Source of the DNA: Gemmatimonadota bacterium
Lineage (GTDB): Bacteria; Gemmatimonadota; Gemmatimonadetes; Gemmatimonadales; GWC2-71-9
Direction: 5' to 3'
NCBI GenBank assembly: GCA_039933845.1
Contig: JBDTNH010000002.1
Span: forward strand, 1,411-65,410
DNA length: 64,000 bases
Positions 63,975 to 64,000 of the stretch are shown here, one piece after another. Numbering within the stretch: position 1 is the first letter of the stretch; every line of letters begins with the position of its first letter. A program made the position numbers and the translations under genes. The notes beneath the pieces were generated by a model, which was not told where the DNA came from, did not search any database, and saw only the letters and a program-made list of their open reading frames with translations.

Positions 63975-64000
63975 GAGCTCCTCAGGGAATGCCGAGCGAC

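Overview
High-GC bacterial chromosomal segment (roughly two-thirds G+C by eye, not computed). It is densely coding, and adjacent genes often share 1-4 nt start/stop overlaps (ATGA, GTGA, TGATG). The gene content loosely suggests a Gemmatimonadota- or Acidobacteriota-like soil bacterium: a GH57-based glycogen cluster, an 800-aa PIG-L protein, and M1/S9/M3 peptidases. That is inference only. Gene order: (1) minus-strand glycogen operon glgP-glgA plus three tandem GH57 genes. (2) A seven-gene minus-strand operon copC / CusR-like regulator / sensor kinase / TolC / MFP / RND / PepSY, with a divergent PCuAC copper chaperone. (3) A hydrolase and peptidase run: M1 peptidase, alpha/beta hydrolase, VOC, DUF1569, beta-lactamase-like. 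(4) ettA. (5) metX-metB behind a structured, terminator-containing leader. (6) A ~1.9 kb nest of REP hairpins around a RAYT (REP-associated Y1 transposase). (7) Secreted enzymes: DUF885-like protein, sugar dehydrogenase, peroxiredoxin, DPP4, GH3. (8) A membrane GT2 synthase with an N-terminal MshEN (c-di-GMP receptor) module. (9) thrA-thrB-thrC. (10) pntAA-pntAB-pntB. (11) A sigma-70 factor, acnA and a DUF971 protein. (12) A translationally coupled PIG-L / ABC importer / MFS / M3 peptidase block. (13) infA. (14) A degenerate HD protein followed by a pseudokinase-kinase tandem Ser/Thr kinase. No rRNA, tRNA or CRISPR array was recognised. The most unusual signals are the REP/RAYT locus (stem covariation, REP-derived stop codons, a REP-encoded C-terminal tail on MetB, and a 351-bp tandem duplication), the MshEN-GT2 fusion, the dead-HD plus pseudokinase-kinase pair, a response regulator with no canonical start codon, and a candidate riboswitch or attenuator upstream of metX.
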